A stretch of DNA of 64,000 nt from Promethearchaeota archaeon (GTDB taxonomy: Archaea > Asgardarchaeota > Lokiarchaeia > Sigyniarchaeales > SOKP01): the NCBI GenBank assembly GCA_048939015.1, contig JBHLPW010000005.1:9632-73631 (forward strand), written 5' to 3'. The translations under genes were made by a program, and so were the position numbers. Numbering within the stretch: position 1 is the first letter of the stretch; each line of letters opens with the position of its first letter. Positions 26,161-35,894 of this stretch are shown piece by piece. The notes under the pieces were generated by a model that saw nothing but the letters and a program-made list of their open reading frames with translations, ran no database searches and had not been told where the DNA came from.

Positions 26161-26649
26161 ATGAGCGGGGCAAAGGATTTTCGTTATTTAATACCGGAAA
26201 GTTTGTTCAAGGAAATTACCCAAAAAGCGGCAGAGGAGTATCCTATGATAATACATGGGTGGTTGTTTGCCGATCGTAAAGAAAATTTTGGCATCTGTAC
26301 TAAATTTATAATGAATGCAGATCTACGAAAAAGTAAAGTTCATGTTAAACCAAGAAGTTGGATGCGATACAAAAAATCAAAAATCTATAATATGCGCAAA
26401 TTTAAAGCTGAACTGGGCGTAGATATCGTCTGGATGTGGCATAGCCATCCAAGTGGTAATGAAAAACTTCATACAATTGATAAAAGGATTTTAAAATATT
26501 TATCTAACGGTGTTATGATTATAGTTGTACCACCAATACCAAATAAAACTCCTGAGCAAAAAGCGCATCTTGTTGGTTGGTATTATGATAAACGGTATAC
26601 AAAAAAGCCTATCATAGAAAAAATGGTCTTTGAGATAATATCTGAGTAA
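26161..26649 (+). CDS. JAB/MPN (JAMM-like) domain protein with atypical active site
   Basis: WMWHSHPSGNEKLHTID; N-terminal 'EEYPMIIHGWL'. Confidence 0.75.
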   Translation: MSGAKDFRYLIPESLFKEITQKAAEEYPMIIHGWLFADRKENFGICTKFIMNADLRKSKVHVKPRSWMRYKKSKIYNMRKFKAELGVDIVWMWHSHPSGNEKLHTIDKRILKYLSNGVMIIVVPPIPNKTPEQKAHLVGWYYDKRYTKKPIIEKMVFEIISE

Positions 26650-26764
26650 CCTTGATTTTAAATTGAAAAATTCTATTTATTTTATTCTTTTAATGTTTAT
26701 CATAAAATATTAAAATTTTAGATCGTTATATTGAAATTGTACCATATAAAAATTTTATTAGTGT

Positions 26765-26847
26765 GCAATCGTCGCTTAGCCTGGTAGAGCGCCGGTCTGC
26801 TAAACCGGTGTCCAACGGACTCGTGGGTTCGAATCCCACCGATTGCG
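26765..26847 (+). tRNA. tRNA-Ser(GCT)
   Basis: GCAATCG/CGATTGC stem, CCGGT-CTGCTAA-ACCGG, long variable arm, GTGGG-TTCGAAT-CCCAC. Confidence 0.95.
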
Positions 26848-26856
26848 CTCAAATAA

Positions 26857-26932
26857 GGGCCAGTGGTCTAGTGGTTATGACGTCTCGCTTACACCGAGAA
26901 GGTCGGGAGTTCAATCCTCTCCTGGCCCACCA
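26857..26932 (+). tRNA. tRNA-Val(TAC), CCA encoded
   Basis: GGGCCAG/CTGGCCC stem, TCTCG-CTTACAC-CGAGA, ends ACCA. Confidence 0.95.
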
Positions 26933-26944
26933 TTCTTTAATTAA

Positions 26945-27736
26945 TTAGAAAAGTTGTCTAATTTTTTTTGGACGTATAGCACTTAATTTACAATTTTTAA
27001 GCCTATTTCCAATATGTGCGATGATACCAGGGGCATCAGATCCCTCTTTCAATAGAACTAGGTTTTCTAAAAATCCAAATCTTTTAACTGAGATGATATC
27101 TCGGAAATGTCCTTTTTGTGTGATAATTTTTTTGAATTGACCTTTAGTTTCTCCGCTTAAAAACACACCCTCAATATTTTCAGAGATAAGTTTCTTAAAA
27201 AAATTTAGAGTATTAGGTGTCAATTCCCCTAGAAGTTTACTCTTATCGTAATTTATCTCCGTGATTTTAACATTTACAGGAAAATGATCAATAAGATCAT
27301 ATGCTTCAATTATGTCTTTTAAGGATTTTTCTTTTCCATTACATAATTGTTTTCGTAGAGTATGTAGATTAATAAGTACGTCAATTTTTGGATCCAAAAT
27401 GGCACAATCCACAAATAGACCAAATCCAACCTTTCCGACATCTACAAGATTACCTTTATATTCCTTACCAACTTTAATTTCCTTAAATTCATTTATAGAT
27501 CCTATCTCCTTTTTTAATAAGTTATAAACAAATTGTTCTTCAGGACCATTGATGAGGATCTCAAATCTTTTATCGAATTTTCTCAGCTTTTTAATAGTTA
27601 TTGAAGTATCAGGAAAACCTTTAACATGTTCTCTTAAATATTTAAGATATCTAAGAAAAATGTCTTCCTTCTTTCCTTTATCAGATACATTGTAGATCTT
27701 ATCAAACAGAACTAAATTTTGCACCATAAAAAACAC
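26945..27736 (-). CDS. DUF2110-family / S1-like OB-fold archaeal protein
   Basis: GxLVDVGKVGFGLFVD, LIDHFP, RFGFLE...CK/LKEGSDAPGIIAHIG pattern. Confidence 0.75.
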   Translation of the reverse strand: MFFMVQNLVLFDKIYNVSDKGKKEDIFLRYLKYLREHVKGFPDTSITIKKLRKFDKRFEILINGPEEQFVYNLLKKEIGSINEFKEIKVGKEYKGNLVDVGKVGFGLFVDCAILDPKIDVLINLHTLRKQLCNGKEKSLKDIIEAYDLIDHFPVNVKITEINYDKSKLLGELTPNTLNFFKKLISENIEGVFLSGETKGQFKKIITQKGHFRDIISVKRFGFLENLVLLKEGSDAPGIIAHIGNRLKNCKLSAIRPKKIRQLF

Positions 27737-27900
27737 TTATGTGGTAGTATCAATTAAAATTTAAGTATTTTAACATAATTATAGAAGATTTATTTCAAAA
27801 ATTCTAAAATTGTGAAACTACCATTCTAAAAAGATTTATATTTCAATATTTCTATCTTTCTATAAAACTAAAATCTGATTTTTATTAAAGATGAAGTAAT

Positions 27901-28272
27901 ATGGAAGAACAAAGATTTAATCATCTAGTTAATGGATTAAATGAATTTGAAGGAGTAGAGGAAGTATTTTTATTAAATAACGAAGGAGATATCATTTTTA
28001 AGTCTGGAGATTTTCCTCTAGCAAGTGAAGAAGCTAAAGGAATACTAAATGCCTGGAAAACAAAAGAATCTTCCCTCAAATTTCAGAGTTATCGATTTGC
28101 AATTTTGAAGAATGATGATATACAATTAGCTGCGAAAAATATTGGTGCTGGAAAAGGAAATATTATTGGGTCTATAACTAAGGAAGGGGATTACCTTGTA
28201 GCTCATACAAGAGATGAGGGTATGATCTTATTAGAATGGTCAATTTTTATTAATAAAGTTGCATGGTCATAG
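27901..28272 (+). CDS. Asgard profilin-like protein
   Basis: 123 aa; 'VFLLNNEGDIIFKS', 'SSLKFQSYRFAILKNDDIQLAAKNIGAGKGNII' follow the Loki profilin pattern (SLxxQGxKYxI...NIxGKG). Confidence 0.65.
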   Translation: MEEQRFNHLVNGLNEFEGVEEVFLLNNEGDIIFKSGDFPLASEEAKGILNAWKTKESSLKFQSYRFAILKNDDIQLAAKNIGAGKGNIIGSITKEGDYLVAHTRDEGMILLEWSIFINKVAWS

Positions 28273-28405
28273 AATATCAAAAAGTAGAGTTCATTTGATT
28301 GAGCCTTCTATAATCTTTTCATTCTTTCTTATTTTAAATCATTTTAAGATCTTAGTATAATTTGCCTATGATTTTGATACAAAAAAGTTCTATACTAAAC
28401 AAATG

Positions 28406-29329
28406 TTAAATATTTTTTCTATTAATCTTAGAGGAAATTAGGGTTGATAGAAATACTGAAATGAATAAAACTATACTTCCAATCAAAACCCATAAATTGT
28501 AGTTTCGACCAAATAAAAATATATCTAATGCAAAAGGAACAATGACTTGAAGAAGTAAAAGCAAAGATACTTGATTTGCACTTAATATTTTCATTGATTT
28601 AAAATACATATAAAAAGCAATAATAGTACAAAAAAATACCAGTAAAAATATCCAAATCCATGTATCTTGAGAGGGAATGATGTACTCATTTTTTATTATC
28701 ATTGTAAAGATACTAAATACTGAAATTATAACCAATGTAACATAAAACAAACTAAATGAATCTAAATTGTTGTCATGTAATTTTTGGATGTAAGAAGTGA
28801 AAGTTATGTATAATCCTAAGAAAATTGCTGAAAAAATTAATATTATTATTCCAATTAAGGAAAAAGAACTAGTACTAAGAAAAGTTAAACTTCCTTCAGA
28901 TATAATAAGAAAAATCCCTATTAAACTCATAATTACAGCAATTAAATGATATAATTTTAACTTCTGCTTTAATAAGATCCAAGAGAAGAAAGGAACCATT
29001 AAAGCATATGTTATAGTCAATAAAGTTGCTAAACCAGCTGGAATTTGAAGTTCTTGGCCTAAATATTGAAGAATTAACCCTATGCCTTCAAATATACCAA
29101 TAAGCCATACTAATTTATTTTTAAATAAGAGACCAACTTGATCCCGTTTCTTAATTAAAATTATAGGAGTTAATATTATCGTCGAAATAGCGAAACGATA
29201 AAAAAGAAATGGTACAGATGGTATTGAATTCAATCCTAGTTCCACAAAAGTGCTCGATAAACCTGAGCCAATAATTGCGATTGCAATAAAGAAATAAGCT
29301 TTATTTTTTGATTTAAAATCCTTCTCCAT
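28406..29329 (-). CDS. DMT/EamA family transporter
   Basis: 10 TM helices, two EamA repeats (FYRF, GLATLL). Confidence 0.85.
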   Translation of the reverse strand: MEKDFKSKNKAYFFIAIAIIGSGLSSTFVELGLNSIPSVPFLFYRFAISTIILTPIILIKKRDQVGLLFKNKLVWLIGIFEGIGLILQYLGQELQIPAGLATLLTITYALMVPFFSWILLKQKLKLYHLIAVIMSLIGIFLIISEGSLTFLSTSSFSLIGIIILIFSAIFLGLYITFTSYIQKLHDNNLDSFSLFYVTLVIISVFSIFTMIIKNEYIIPSQDTWIWIFLLVFFCTIIAFYMYFKSMKILSANQVSLLLLLQVIVPFALDIFLFGRNYNLWVLIGSIVLFISVFLSTLISSKINRKNI

Positions 29330-29657
29330 TGAATTAATTTATCCATTCTTTCTTTTATTTAGTGATATAAAACCTTTGTCTTTTATATTCATTTATTGGA
29401 GAATTAAAATAATTCTAGATATGATGACTTGAATTTATAACAATGATCAATTTCTATCAATAAAATTGACTGGTTATAAAAGAAAAATAAATAGAGAAGA
29501 TTGTCAGAAAAAATTTCCAATAAATTTTTATATTCTCCTATAAAATATTCGTATTTGTGCGTTTTTAAAAGAAACACTGTCATTTATCGATCATCTTTAA
29601 TTTTTATTTTTCGAAAAGGAGAACTTTATATATTAAAAATGTCACTATTCGTTCACT

Positions 29658-30035
29658 ATGGAGATTGAATGGAAGGAAAGTGCAGTTAAAGAAGTTGAGA
29701 AAGTCTATAAAAGTTTAGAATTAAGCAAAGAAGAAAGAGAAAATATTAAATTTTATGGGGATTTTGTTTCCAATTTCATTCCTTTGCCTTCAATGGTGAT
29801 ACAAGGTATCTTTAGTTTTTCTATTCGAGACTGGGAACAAGCACATCCTGGAAAAGTTTTTGCTGCTGAAGCTAGAGGACCAAATGGTGTTCAAGTAGCT
29901 GGAGAGATGAATGATTTTGTTAAGAAAAGGTTAAAATTGTTACTTAGAAATCCTGGAGATCATCAAAAAATCGAAGATGGGATTAATACAGCTTTAAAGA
30001 AGTTCGCAGAGATCGGCCCCGGTGGTGTAAAGTAA
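29658..30035 (+). CDS. Hypothetical protein
   Basis: 125-aa ORF with upstream TATA-like tract and normal composition. Confidence 0.7.
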   Translation: MEIEWKESAVKEVEKVYKSLELSKEERENIKFYGDFVSNFIPLPSMVIQGIFSFSIRDWEQAHPGKVFAAEARGPNGVQVAGEMNDFVKKRLKLLLRNPGDHQKIEDGINTALKKFAEIGPGGVK

Positions 30036-30043
30036 TAAAAATA

Positions 30044-30769
30044 TTAAGTTTTAGTTAATTCCAAATATCCTTGACCATCATCAGTAACCTTAAAATTTAA
30101 GTTAATTTTTTCAATTTTTTGTTTGAAATCACTAAAGCCAGCAGATTCTAATAACATTTTTACAAATGTCGTAAACAATGTAGATAGATTTTCTATACCT
30201 ATCCAATATAACATTTCATTTGGGTCAAAAGCAATATTAAATAAGGAGCAAATACCCTCTAAAGTCTGGTTGATATCATTCAAGTCTAAATTTATCGAAT
30301 TTGATGAGTCTCTCTTTATTTTAATTATTTCAAGCTCTTTTTTCAATTCTGCATGTTGATGTTCTAAAGCCTTTTTTAGGGTGATATCACTTAATACTGA
30401 AACGAATCCTTTTACTTCTCCACGATCATTAACATAAGATTCTGTATGGGTGGAGACCCAAGCATATTTACCATCACTCCTTCTTATTCGAAATTCAAAA
30501 TTTTCTCCTAAGTATGATTTCTTTTCTTTTATTCCTTTGGCATAAAGATTTTTCAATATTTCTATATCATCTGGGTGTATATACTTTAAAAAATTCATTC
30601 CAATGTGAAGGTCCACATTACCTAGAATATTTTTATAGAAATGAGTAAAGAATTTTATCTTGCCATCAAGTCCAACCACTAATAAAGGTAATTTAATGCG
30701 TTTGATTATGTTTTTAAATACATTTGCGTCATTAAAATTGGTGTCAATAAAAAAACTCGTCTTTTCCAT
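30044..30769 (-). CDS. Stand-alone PAS domain protein with coiled coil
   Basis: IHPDD, EFRIRRSDGKYAWV, SDITLKK (PAS/PAC); no kinase domain follows. Confidence 0.85.
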   Translation of the reverse strand: MEKTSFFIDTNFNDANVFKNIIKRIKLPLLVVGLDGKIKFFTHFYKNILGNVDLHIGMNFLKYIHPDDIEILKNLYAKGIKEKKSYLGENFEFRIRRSDGKYAWVSTHTESYVNDRGEVKGFVSVLSDITLKKALEHQHAELKKELEIIKIKRDSSNSINLDLNDINQTLEGICSLFNIAFDPNEMLYWIGIENLSTLFTTFVKMLLESAGFSDFKQKIEKINLNFKVTDDGQGYLELTKT

Positions 30770-31127
30770 TAATAAAAAATAAAAAAAATTTGATTTAAAT
30801 TTACGTTAATAGTTAATTAATTATTTTGAAAAGATTACAAAATAATGACATATTTTAATTGAAATTTGTTTTCATCGTCATAAAAGAACAATATATAGAG
30901 AAAATTGAAATGTATCAGAACTAGTTTAATTTATATAATTTCTTTTTAAAATATTTAAAAAAAATATAAATTGACTCATTTATTACTTCTTTTTAAGATA
31001 TAAAAAAAATAACCTAAAAAAGAGATAATATAAATAAGAAAAATTAAATTCTCAAAATTAGTTGTAATAACTAAAATAGAAGGGATTTTAATATTTTTAA
31101 AAAACATTAAAAGGAGGATGATTTAGT

Positions 31128-31847
31128 ATTTTTCAAGGCCAAGGTCGTGGCTATGATATGGCTATAACGCAATTCTCACCAGAAGGTCGACTTTTTCAAG
31201 TAGAATATGCTATTGAGGCCGTTCGAAGAGGCACGACTGCCATTGTTTGTAGAAATAAAAATTCTGTTGTGTTTGCGGTTGAGAAAAAAGGTTCGGAGCT
31301 TCAAGAACAAAGTACTGGATCAGAAAAAATATTCAAGATTGATGATCACATTGGGGTTGCAATTGCAGGTTTAACGGCAGATGCTCGAGTTCTTATTGAT
31401 AGAGCCAGAGTTCAAGCTCAAGTGAATATTTTAAATTATGATGAGAAAATTTCTGTTAAGGACAGTACGCTAAATATATGTGAATACAAACAAGTCTTCA
31501 CGCAGAATGCTGGTGTACGCCCTTTCGGCGTTTCTTTCTTAATCGCAGGAATAGATAATGATGGGACAACCTCCTTATATTTAACTGACCCTAGTGGAGC
31601 AATGTGGGGTTATAAAGCTTTTGCAATTGGTTCTGGAGCAACTGAAGCAAGAACATACCTTGAAGAACATTATAAAGAGGATATGAGTGATGAGGAATTA
31701 AAATTATTACCATTAAGAACTTTAAAAGAATTAATGGCAGATAATCTAAATAAAAATACATGTGATGTAGCTTTTATATTGAAGGAAGATAGAAAATTTA
31801 AATTATTAAATTTGGAAGAAAAGGAAGAGTTATTAAATAAACTGTAA
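31128..31847 (+). CDS. psmA: Proteasome subunit alpha; probable ATT start at 31128 (first ATG 31158)
   Basis: FSPEGRLFQVEYA, RPFGVS, DPSG, AIGSG. Conserved ..GYD.. N-terminus lies upstream of the first ATG; SD GGAGG at 31113. Confidence 0.96.
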   Translation: MFQGQGRGYDMAITQFSPEGRLFQVEYAIEAVRRGTTAIVCRNKNSVVFAVEKKGSELQEQSTGSEKIFKIDDHIGVAIAGLTADARVLIDRARVQAQVNILNYDEKISVKDSTLNICEYKQVFTQNAGVRPFGVSFLIAGIDNDGTTSLYLTDPSGAMWGYKAFAIGSGATEARTYLEEHYKEDMSDEELKLLPLRTLKELMADNLNKNTCDVAFILKEDRKFKLLNLEEKEELLNKL

Positions 31848-31962
31848 ATTCCTCAATAAAAAAATTATAATCAAGGTATTTCACCCTTTATATTTATCTT
31901 TTAACGGAAAGACAAAAAATAGGACTGAAATAATTCAATCATTTGAGTTGTGAATATATAAT

Positions 31963-32754
31963 ATGATTGATAGAGCAAGGATTGATTTAGGCGGGTACAT
32001 TATAGGTCGTATTGAAAACTCTGGAAGAGTTTTCGAGATGTTAATGGATCCTGAGAAAGCATGGGATGCCAAAAAAATAATCCGTGAAGAAATCAATACA
32101 AGATTAAAAGAAGGAAAAGAAAAATCTCGTCTTACTGTAGAAGAGATATTAAATGATCAAAAAATTGATCTAGAACTGATTTTTGAAAGTTTTACAGTCT
32201 TTGAAGATTTAAGAAGGGGTAAAAAAGCTACAGATGGAGATATGGAAGCTGTTTTTAATACTACAGATGGAATGAAAATAGCTGGTCAAATTTTATTAGA
32301 TGGAGATATTCATTGGACAAAGACTCAAAGAGAAGAAGAGAAACAGAAAAAATTGAAACAAATTATAACAATAATCAGTAAAAATGCAATTAATCCACAA
32401 AATAAGAAACCTCATCCATATCAACGAATAGAAAAGGCAATCGAAGAAGCAAATGTTAAAATTGATATAATGAGAAGTGCTGAAGAACAAGTTGAAGATG
32501 TTGTTAAAAGTATACGCGCTATTATTCCAATTAGAATAGAACAAGTGGAAATGGCTATAAAGATACCAACAGCTTTTACAGCAAAAGGATATAACATAGT
32601 TGCTCAATACGTGCAGATTAAGAAAGAAGAATGGCAATCTGATGGTGCGTGGGTAGCTGTTGTTAGTCTACCAGCGGGATTACAGATGGAATTAATTGAT
32701 AAACTTAACAAGTTAACGCATGGGAGAGTTCAAACAAAAATATTAAAATCCTAA
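31963..32754 (+). CDS. Ribosome maturation protein SBDS/Sdo1
   Basis: FEMLMDP, INPQ..PHP..RIEKA, EEWQSDG, PAGLQ; position in the superoperon. Confidence 0.93.
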   Translation: MIDRARIDLGGYIIGRIENSGRVFEMLMDPEKAWDAKKIIREEINTRLKEGKEKSRLTVEEILNDQKIDLELIFESFTVFEDLRRGKKATDGDMEAVFNTTDGMKIAGQILLDGDIHWTKTQREEEKQKKLKQIITIISKNAINPQNKKPHPYQRIEKAIEEANVKIDIMRSAEEQVEDVVKSIRAIIPIRIEQVEMAIKIPTAFTAKGYNIVAQYVQIKKEEWQSDGAWVAVVSLPAGLQMELIDKLNKLTHGRVQTKILKS

Positions 32755-32845
32755 CAAAAAAGAGATCATTTTATTCTTATTTATTGTTATTTTAAAGTTA
32801 TAGGTTAGGAATATAGAAAAATAATAGATGAAGGTGAGAAGTAAT

Positions 32846-33625
32846 ATGGAAGAAGAGGAAGAATCAGAAGATGAAGATTTCGAAGATTTTGAGGAAGATG
32901 ATGATTCTAGAGATGTAGTTGTACCAGGAGAAGTTTTAAGCGAAGATATTAAAAACTTTTTACCTGGGAGAGGTACTATTCTTAATAAAGAGAAGGATAA
33001 AATTATTTCTTTGAATATCGGATTAAAACAAATAAAAAAGAATTATATAAATGTAATTCCACTCAGGGGATTTTATACACCTCGCCCCGGAGATAAGGTT
33101 ATTGCATTAGTTGTCGATAAAAATCCAGTTAAATATAAATGTGATATTAATGCTAAAGATTATGGTCAACTTAAACCGAAAAATACTATTAAAAGAGGTA
33201 AATTAAGAGGATTCAGAGGTAGTGAAGGTCCTCGGGAAGAAGTAAGTACTGAAAGATTTGATATAGGAGATATTTTAATTGTGAAAGTACTTTCTGCTGA
33301 TCGTTTAAATAAACCTGAATTAACAACTGTTGGAAAATATTTAGGTAAAAAAGTTGGTGGCATTGTCATTACGATAGATCCACCTAAAATTCCAAGAGTT
33401 ATCGGAAGAAATGGTTCAATGATTAAAATGTTGAAATCTCTAACAGGATGCAATATCTTTGTTACACAGAATGGCCGTATATGGCTGAAAGGTGAAGACA
33501 TTGCTAATGAAAGACTATTAATCGAATCTATTCACAAAATTGCTTCTGAAGCCCATACAGTTGGTTTAACAGATAGAATGCAAGAATTTATAATTAATGA
33601 AAAAAAGAAGAGAGGTATTGAATGA
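32846..33625 (+). CDS. rrp4: Exosome RNA-binding subunit Rrp4 (acidic N-terminal tail)
   Basis: VVVPGE, YTPRPGDKVI, KH motif PRVIGRNGSM, QNGRIW, AHTVGLT; SD AGGTGA favours the ATG at 32846 over 32828. Confidence 0.93.
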   Translation: MEEEEESEDEDFEDFEEDDDSRDVVVPGEVLSEDIKNFLPGRGTILNKEKDKIISLNIGLKQIKKNYINVIPLRGFYTPRPGDKVIALVVDKNPVKYKCDINAKDYGQLKPKNTIKRGKLRGFRGSEGPREEVSTERFDIGDILIVKVLSADRLNKPELTTVGKYLGKKVGGIVITIDPPKIPRVIGRNGSMIKMLKSLTGCNIFVTQNGRIWLKGEDIANERLLIESIHKIASEAHTVGLTDRMQEFIINEKKKRGIE

Positions 33626-34411
33626 ATGCCGTTAATAATTAAAGATGAGTATCCTGAGAAATTATTTCGTAAAGATGGAAAAAGATTGGATGGTCGTACT
33701 GAAAAAGAATTAAGACCTATAAAAATGGAAGTAGGTGTTATACAAAATGCTGATGGATCGGCATATCTTGAATGGGGTAATAATAAGATCTATGCTGCTG
33801 TATATGGCCCTAGAGAAGTACACCCTCATCACTTAGCTAAACCAGATAGAGGAGTTTTAAGAGTTTTTTATCGGATGGCTACGTTTTCTGTTTTTGATAG
33901 AAAAAGACCCGCTCCAGGACGTCGTGAAAAAGAAATTTCAATGATCGTATCAGATTGTATTGAACCTGTACTTTTTCTTGAATTATATCCTGGTACTAGT
34001 TTTGAAGTTTTTATTGAAGTTATGGACGCAGATGGTGGAACTAGATGTGCAAGTACTACTGTAGCAGCATTAGCTTTAGCGGACGCTGGAATCCCTATGA
34101 AAAGTCTTGTAACTGCTGTTGCAGTAGGAAAAATTGACGGAAAGAAGGTTGTTGATCTCTCGGGTATTGAAGATAAGGCCGGAGAAGCAGATCTACCAAT
34201 CGCAATGACATGGTATAACGAAGAAATCTCATTATTACAATTTGATGGCGATATGGATTTAATTGAGCTAAATGAATTTTTGAATGATGCTAAAGAAGCA
34301 TTAGAAAAAATTCACCAAATTCAATTGGACGCTTTAAAAAGTAAGTATCTGAAATTACAAGAAGATAACAAAAATTTAAATGATGAAGGAGATAAAAAAG
34401 GTGATGAGTAA
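33626..34411 (+). CDS. rrp41: Exosome exonuclease Rrp41
   Basis: RLDGR, ADGSAYLEWG, YGPRE, ADGGTRCA, ALADAGIPM. Confidence 0.95.
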   Translation: MPLIIKDEYPEKLFRKDGKRLDGRTEKELRPIKMEVGVIQNADGSAYLEWGNNKIYAAVYGPREVHPHHLAKPDRGVLRVFYRMATFSVFDRKRPAPGRREKEISMIVSDCIEPVLFLELYPGTSFEVFIEVMDADGGTRCASTTVAALALADAGIPMKSLVTAVAVGKIDGKKVVDLSGIEDKAGEADLPIAMTWYNEEISLLQFDGDMDLIELNEFLNDAKEALEKIHQIQLDALKSKYLKLQEDNKNLNDEGDKKGDE

Positions 34412-34414
34412 AAT

Positions 34415-35248
34415 ATGATGGATATCAAAAGAATTATTTCGAAAATTGAAAAAGATTATATAATATCAAATTTAAAAAAGGAAGAAAGAATCGATGGCAG
34501 AGGACTTTGGGAATATCGTGAATTCCAAATCAAGAATGATCTTATCGCTTCAGCTGAAGGTTCTGCAGACGTTTCTTTGGGAGACACAAAAATTATAACC
34601 GGTTTGAAATACGAAGTTGGTGAACCCTTCCCAGATTTACCAGATGAAGGAGTATGTACTGTAATGGCAGAATTGCTACCTGTAGCATCTCCTCTATTTG
34701 AAAGAGGCCCTCCTGATGAACAATCAATCGAATTAGCCCGTGTAGTAGATCGCGGTATTAGACACGCAGATTGTGTTCAAACCAAAAAATTATGTATTAA
34801 AGAAAAGGAAGCAGTCTATATACTTTTTGTGGATATGTACGTTATAAATTATGCTGGCAATCTAATCGATGCAGGAGGTGTTAGTGCTTTAACTACATTA
34901 ATCTCTGCACATATCCCTGAAGGAGTCTGGAATGAAGATAAAAGAGAGGCAGAATGGACTGGTAAATATCTAACAGGAAAAAATATTGTAAATGAATTAC
35001 CGTTTGTAATTACATATGGAAAAATTGATGATATAGTCTTTCTAGATCCTAGTTTACCTGAAGAATTAGTATGTGATGGTAAAATATCTATATCAGTTAC
35101 AGAAGAAAAAATTACCTCAATTCAAAAAAGTGGTGCTGCTACGTTTTCCATTGACGAAATACAAAATTTAGGAGAAAAGTCATTAGAAATTGGTAAAAAA
35201 TTGAGAAAAGATCTAAATCTCTTACAATATTTAAGTAAATTTGAGTAA
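34415..35248 (+). CDS. rrp42: Exosome subunit Rrp42
   Basis: RIDGR, AEGSA, PFPDLPDEG, ELARVVDRGIR, GNLIDA, IQKSG. Confidence 0.95.
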   Translation: MMDIKRIISKIEKDYIISNLKKEERIDGRGLWEYREFQIKNDLIASAEGSADVSLGDTKIITGLKYEVGEPFPDLPDEGVCTVMAELLPVASPLFERGPPDEQSIELARVVDRGIRHADCVQTKKLCIKEKEAVYILFVDMYVINYAGNLIDAGGVSALTTLISAHIPEGVWNEDKREAEWTGKYLTGKNIVNELPFVITYGKIDDIVFLDPSLPEELVCDGKISISVTEEKITSIQKSGAATFSIDEIQNLGEKSLEIGKKLRKDLNLLQYLSKFE

Positions 35249-35546
35249 TATCTTAAATTATTTTTTTCTTATTTAATTGATCTCGAATCCGTTGGTTTTT
35301 TATTTTTTACAATGGAATTTCCTCGATTTTCTAATTCATTTGATATTTTTTGAAGATAATTGTTATTTAATTCAGCCATATGTTTCATATATAGTGTAAA
35401 CATTTGTTATTTAATTCAATTCAGAATTGATTCATAATTTTTATATTTTAACCTTTAACTTCTAAAAAATTTAAAAATTCCCTATAGATTAATAAAATCA
35501 AAATTTTTATTAGAGAAAATATAGCGATGCCATATATCAATATTAG

Positions 35547-35562
35547 AAAAATTTATAGTTTA
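35547..35562 (+). promoter_or_regulatory. BRE/TATA promoter of rpl37ae
   Basis: AAAAATTTATAGTTTA, identical to the rpl2 promoter 16-mer. Confidence 0.55.
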
Positions 35563-35612
35563 TCTTATTTTTTATAATATTATCAACTATTTAGTACTAA
35601 ATTAGATGCAAC

Positions 35613-35894
35613 ATGACAAAGAAGGTTGGTATAACAGGAAAATACGGCGCTAGATATGGAAGTACCCTGAGAAAAAGGACTCGCCTTATTTTAGAAAAGA
35701 TGAAAGGCGATATAAAATGTCCTAGATGTATCACTCAAGGTTCAATATACAGAGTATCAACTGGTATTTGGCATTGTAAAAAGTGTGACGCACGATTTAC
35801 GGGAGGGGCTTATTATATAGAAACTCCACGGGGTGCAGAATCCTTCAGAATAGCAAAACGTAAGCAACGAGAGTTAGAAATCATCGAAGAATAA
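35613..35894 (+). CDS. rpl37ae: 50S ribosomal protein L37ae (eL43)
   Basis: KKVGITGKYGARYG, CPRC, GIWHCKKC, FTGGAY. Confidence 0.96.
   Translation: MTKKVGITGKYGARYGSTLRKRTRLILEKMKGDIKCPRCITQGSIYRVSTGIWHCKKCDARFTGGAYYIETPRGAESFRIAKRKQRELEIIEE

Noticed and set aside
26763-26948. 61-aa plus-strand ORF
   Set aside because: Coincides with tRNA-Ser(GCT) and tRNA-Val.
35260-35390. ~36-39-codon minus-strand ORF in the rrp42-rpl37ae gap
   Set aside because: Too short, no motif, and antisense within a conserved operon.
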